DNA from: an uncultured Acidimicrobiia bacterium
GTDB lineage: Bacteria > Acidobacteriota > Terriglobia > Versatilivoradales > Versatilivoraceae
Assembly (NCBI GenBank): GCA_963786955.1
Contig: CAWBAT010000004.1
Coordinates: forward strand, 640,001-704,000
Direction of reading: 5' to 3'
DNA: 64,000 nucleotides
In this document: positions 61,367 to 64,000 of the stretch, one piece after another
Numbering within the stretch: position 1 is the stretch's first letter
How the letters are laid out: every line of letters starts with the position of its first letter
Program-made: the position numbers and the translations under genes
Notes under the pieces: generated by a model
What the model saw: only the letters and a program-made list of their open reading frames with translations
Told to the model about the DNA's origin: nothing
The model's database searches: none

Positions 61367-61867
61367 ATGGAGTATTCATTTTGTCCAAAATGCGGGGGCC
61401 CATTGGAATTGATCGTACTCAAACCTCTTGAGCCCGCACGAATGGTCTGTTCCCGCTGTAAGTTCGTTTTCTTTCAGGACCCCAAAATCGCCGCTTGCTG
61501 TATTGTAAAGATTGACCAAAAAATTGTTTTGCTCCGGCGGAGCATTCAGCCAGGCTACGGCAAGTGGGTTTTTCCCGGTGGTTACGTCGATCGCGGTGAA
61601 ACGGTCACCGCTGCCGCGATTCGAGAGACCCGAGAGGAAATTAACCTCGAGGTGCAGCTGGAGTCTTTACTGGGAGTCTATTCCTACCCTCAAAGCCCCG
61701 TTATCATCGTTGTCTATGTCGCTCGAATGGAAGGTGGAAAGCTTCTCCCAGCCGATGAGACCCTTGAAGTTCGAACTTTCTCCCCTCACGAAATCCCTTG
61801 GGAAGAGCTGGCCTTCCCAAGCACCAAGGAAGCTTTAAAAGACTTCTTTAAAAGCAATAGTTCCTAA
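61367..61867 (+). CDS. NUDIX hydrolase with N-terminal zinc ribbon
   Basis: FCPKCG..CSRC, PGGYVDRGET..AAIRETREE. Confidence 0.9.
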   Translation: MEYSFCPKCGGPLELIVLKPLEPARMVCSRCKFVFFQDPKIAACCIVKIDQKIVLLRRSIQPGYGKWVFPGGYVDRGETVTAAAIRETREEINLEVQLESLLGVYSYPQSPVIIVVYVARMEGGKLLPADETLEVRTFSPHEIPWEELAFPSTKEALKDFFKSNSS

Positions 61868-61932
61868 TAACTACTTTACCCGATTAGGATGCAAAGCGGA
61901 CGATCAATCTTTAATGCGGGAGGCACAATGAA

Positions 61933-62325
61933 ATGGACCGGAATAACCCAGCTATTCGCGTCATCATGATGCCAAAAGATACGAACGCGCGGGGGACGAT
62001 CTTCGGTGGGGTTATCCTTAGTTACATCGATCAGGCCGCCGCCGTTGCAGCATACAAACAGTCCAACAAGAATTTTGTCACCAAGGCGATGAATACTGTA
62101 GAGTTCGTCGCTCCGGTCCAACTGGGAGATGTCGTTAGTTTTTATGCCAGCATCGTGCGTTTCGGGACAACTTCCCTCACGGTGAAAGTGGATGTGGAAG
62201 CTGAACGGGCTCAGCCAAAAGGCCAGAAGCAACTTGTAAGAGTCACCGAGGCCGAGGTCGTCTGCGTCGCCGTCGACTCACAGGGTAGACCTATCCCAAT
62301 TCTAGATCGAACCCCACCAGCCTAG
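61933..62325 (+). CDS. Hotdog-fold acyl-CoA thioesterase (YciA-like)
   Basis: MPKDTN..G-x-IFGG, FVAPV-x-x-GD, GTTS. Confidence 0.9.
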   Translation: MDRNNPAIRVIMMPKDTNARGTIFGGVILSYIDQAAAVAAYKQSNKNFVTKAMNTVEFVAPVQLGDVVSFYASIVRFGTTSLTVKVDVEAERAQPKGQKQLVRVTEAEVVCVAVDSQGRPIPILDRTPPA

Positions 62326-62437
62326 ATTGGATTAGCCACGTGGAAAAGTGAACTCGGGAAAATTCAAATTAAAGAAATTTGGCCTAAAGTTTTGTCTGGA
62401 TTCTATCGAAAAATAAGTTTGTCGGCGGAGAAAAGCT

Positions 62438-62493
62438 GACAAAGGATCGACAATTTATCGTCAATTAATTGACTATATAGCCAAATAATTGAC
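62438..62493. promoter_or_regulatory. Three phased 14-bp boxes (G-x-CAA-N4-T-x-GAC), candidate enhancer sites
   Basis: GACAAAGGATCGAC (62438), GTCAATTAATTGAC (62460, perfect palindrome), GCCAAATAATTGAC (62480). Confidence 0.6.
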
Positions 62494-62644
62494 TATAAAG
62501 TTGGTAAAGTTACAAATTCGTAATCCAATAAACCCGCCTTCCGTTCCCTCCACTCATTTTTCAGTAAGTTTTATCCCCTTACATTTCAACTCTTTAAACC
62601 TAATCTCACATTTTTAACTCATTTTTTTGATCGGACATTTTTAC

Positions 62645-62661
62645 CTGGTCACACTTTTGCT
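62645..62661 (+). promoter_or_regulatory. Sigma54 (-24/-12) promoter upstream of fliA
   Basis: CTGGTCACACTTTTGCT: GG-N10-GC with TTGCT. Confidence 0.65.
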
Positions 62662-62854
62662 TTAGTGAAGTCATCGTGTTTGGGATTTTGAATAAATAGA
62701 GGTCAGAAGCCAATGATCTTGTCCGGGGTAAGTCGACACAATGCATGTATAGCAGGAAATGACGACAAATCCAGAGAACGACTGATATCCCACTTCGCGA
62801 ATCATCAGTTCTTGACCCCCTCTTTGCTTTATTTCAGGTCTTAGGAGAAAAACG

Positions 62855-63637
62855 ATGTTACAAACCCAGCCCCAGAAGAAAGCTGTAGTCCAAAATCGAA
62901 GTAATTCTGCCAGCCAAAAGCGTGAAGACCTGATCCTGGAACACGTCCCCCTGATCAAGTACCACGCCTACCGATTAGCGAGTCAGTTGCCTCCAAACAT
63001 TGAGATTAATGACCTAATCAACGCTGGGGTTTTGGGTTTGATGGATGCCATTGAAAAGTTTGAGCCGTCCCGCGGAGTCAAATTCAAGACCTATGCAGAA
63101 CTGCGCATCCGCGGAGCCATGATTGACAGCCTCCGAGAACTCGACTGGGCACCGAGGTCTTTAAGAAAGAAGAGTAAAGAGCTGTCGAAGGTATCCCAAA
63201 AGCTGCAGCAGGAACTAGGCCGCGAAGTCAGCGACAATGAAATTTGCGCGGAAATGGGAATCGAACTTGAGGAGCTCTACAAGCTAGAAGACCAACTAAC
63301 TGGGTTAAGCATCGGAAGCTTCTATGATGCATCCCGCAGGTTTGGTGAAGAAGATAGCGACGCTGAAAGTTTGATTAATTATTACCCCGACGACGCTGAA
63401 AAGGGTCCTCCACATGTTTTCGAAAAAGAAGAACTCAAGCAGATTCTAGCAGATGCGGTGGATTGCCTCAGTCGGAAGGAACGTTTGGTTGTTTCCCTAT
63501 ATTACTTCGAAGAATTAACAATGAAAGAAATTGGAGCGGTTTTAAGAGTTAATGAATCAAGAGTTTCACAACTGCACACCAAGGCAATGCTCCGACTGAG
63601 AGGTAAATTAAAGAACTCTTCCTATCGGCCAAAATAA
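62855..63637 (+). CDS. fliA: FliA/WhiG-family sigma-28 factor
   Basis: DLINAG-x-LGL, FKTYA-x-x-RIRGAM-x-D-x-LR-x-x-DW-x-PRS, LYY-x-EELTMKEIG..ESRVSQLH. Confidence 0.9.
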   Translation: MLQTQPQKKAVVQNRSNSASQKREDLILEHVPLIKYHAYRLASQLPPNIEINDLINAGVLGLMDAIEKFEPSRGVKFKTYAELRIRGAMIDSLRELDWAPRSLRKKSKELSKVSQKLQQELGREVSDNEICAEMGIELEELYKLEDQLTGLSIGSFYDASRRFGEEDSDAESLINYYPDDAEKGPPHVFEKEELKQILADAVDCLSRKERLVVSLYYFEELTMKEIGAVLRVNESRVSQLHTKAMLRLRGKLKNSSYRPK

Positions 63638-63696
63638 AACATCCTCGATAGAAACCAAGGAAATTAAAGCAGTCGCATTGTCAAAATTTTGACTAT

Positions 63697-63816
63697 TCAT
63701 AAGTATTTGATTAATAAGAACAAAAAGAACAAAAAGACGTAGTAGAGCCCCAGGATTCCAATGATGATCAGGCCGACCACCTTTTCAAAGTTCCATTTGA
63801 TTTTTGGCTTTGTCAT
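63697..63816 (-). CDS. 39-aa single-TM small protein (below the ORF-track cutoff)
   Basis: MTKPKIKWNFEKVVGLIIIGILGLYYVFLFFLFLLIKYL. Confidence 0.4.
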   Translation of the reverse strand: MTKPKIKWNFEKVVGLIIIGILGLYYVFLFFLFLLIKYL

Positions 63817-63940
63817 CTAAGATTGGGACGATCAAACAATCAACCTTTATTTCAACTCCACACGACAATAAGCGACGGGACTCGATAAAAGACAGGGTCA
63901 AAGGCTTTTCTGCGGAACTAACTCATGAAGAGCTGGTGAG

Positions 63941-64000
63941 TTACTCGGTTGGGTGTTCACTTCGAGGCAACTCGGTCATGAGAGCAGCGATGATGTCGCG
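63941..64000 (-). CDS. Possible 3' end of a gene entering from beyond the window
   Basis: Open frame RDIIAALMTELPRSEHPTE-stop. Confidence 0.3.
   Translation of the reverse strand, partial: RDIIAALMTELPRSEHPTE

Noticed and set aside
1-64000. tRNA, rRNA, integrase, transposase, prophage or defence genes
   Set aside because: No recognisable motifs found by eye; a tRNAscan, Rfam or HMM run would be needed to exclude them formally

Overview
A 64-kb bacterial chromosomal window. Gene content suggests Acidobacteriota (inference). About 52 kb is a cell-envelope super-locus. It has two glycan gene blocks: GT2/GT4 glycosyltransferases, an O-antigen-ligase-like protein, Wzx, Wzm/Wzt, six SAM methyltransferases, RmlD and a TMTC-like GT-C/TPR protein. 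Between them sit an ECF sigma/anti-sigma pair, a type II secretion operon (gspE-F-G-H-I-J-K-L-M-C-like-D) and, directly downstream, a separately promoted and terminated gene for a 529-aa secreted Ala/Thr/Ser/Gly-rich protein that looks like an S-layer subunit. A neighbouring 933-aa secreted Ig/IPT protein carries a visibly homologous N-terminal domain. The best candidate for an undescribed system is a T2SS-exported, glycosylated S-layer with an accessory subunit. The rest of the window holds glnD-glnB, qor, a MauE/rhodanese pair, a sigma54 two-component system and an orphan fliA with a sigma54 promoter and FleQ-like boxes. Intergenic spaces carry many GTAG/GTGG REP families, including a 126-bp tandem array. 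Four genes have apparent short-indel frameshifts, probably assembly errors. All calls come from reading motifs by eye; no database searches were run.
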